DNA of 64,000 nucleotides from Mobula hypostoma. Taxonomy: Eukaryota. The position numbers were made by a program, and so were the translations under genes. The DNA lies in the NCBI RefSeq assembly GCF_963921235.1, contig NC_086097.1, positions 117,802,001 through 117,866,000 of the forward strand, written 5' to 3'. A model generated the notes under the pieces. The model had not been told where the DNA came from. It worked only from the letters and a program-made list of their open reading frames with translations, and did not search any database. Of the stretch, positions 63,692 through 64,000 are shown in pieces (the stretch's first letter is position 1; the number at the start of each line of letters is the position of its first letter).

Positions 63692-64000
63692 GATTAGATT
63701 GGATTAGATTATGAGGACACTCAGTCCTCATTTATTGTCATTTGGTAATGCATGCATAAGAAATGATACAATGTTCCTCCAGTATGATATCACAGAAACA
63801 CAAGACAGACCAAGACTAAAACTGACAAAAACCACATAATTATAACATATAGTTACAACAGTACAAAACAATACCGTGATTTGATAAAGAACAGACCATG
63901 GGCACAGTAAAAAAAGTCTCAAATCCCGATAGCCCCATCATCTCACGCAGACTGCAGAAGGAAGAAAAACTCTCCCTGCCATGAACCTCAAGCGCCACAA
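63692..64000 (-). mobile_element. Second copy (3' part) of the 30956-31606 element
   Basis: gattagattggattagattatgaggacactcagtcctc.. is the reverse complement of the 31560-31606 tail; similarity continues to the window end. Confidence 0.88.

Overview
Eukaryotic, repeat-saturated genomic DNA with no recognisable intact host gene. The repeat repertoire (CR1 LINEs with esterase ORF1, Rex1/Babar LINEs, V-domain tRNA SINEs, abundant Penelope-like elements) points to a cartilaginous fish, probably a ray or shark; this is inference from family recognition. Most of the window is nested, decayed mobile DNA. It holds many CR1 fragments, a near-full-length Rex1/Babar LINE (18.4-21.7 kb), two Penelope families with hammerhead-ribozyme motifs (two insertions are inverted, with 14-bp TSDs), a hAT element, and a Tc1 element carrying a solo LTR. 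It also holds a second clean solo LTR, a 2.4-kb Helitron that keeps PIF1 helicase but has no Rep nuclease, an ancient Gypsy pol, a PNMA-like-gag Gypsy lacking RT/RH/IN, and several non-autonomous retroelements. Most entries in the ORF track are TE fragments or antisense shadows. Boundaries given with TSD/TIR evidence were read by eye to the base; other boundaries are approximate.
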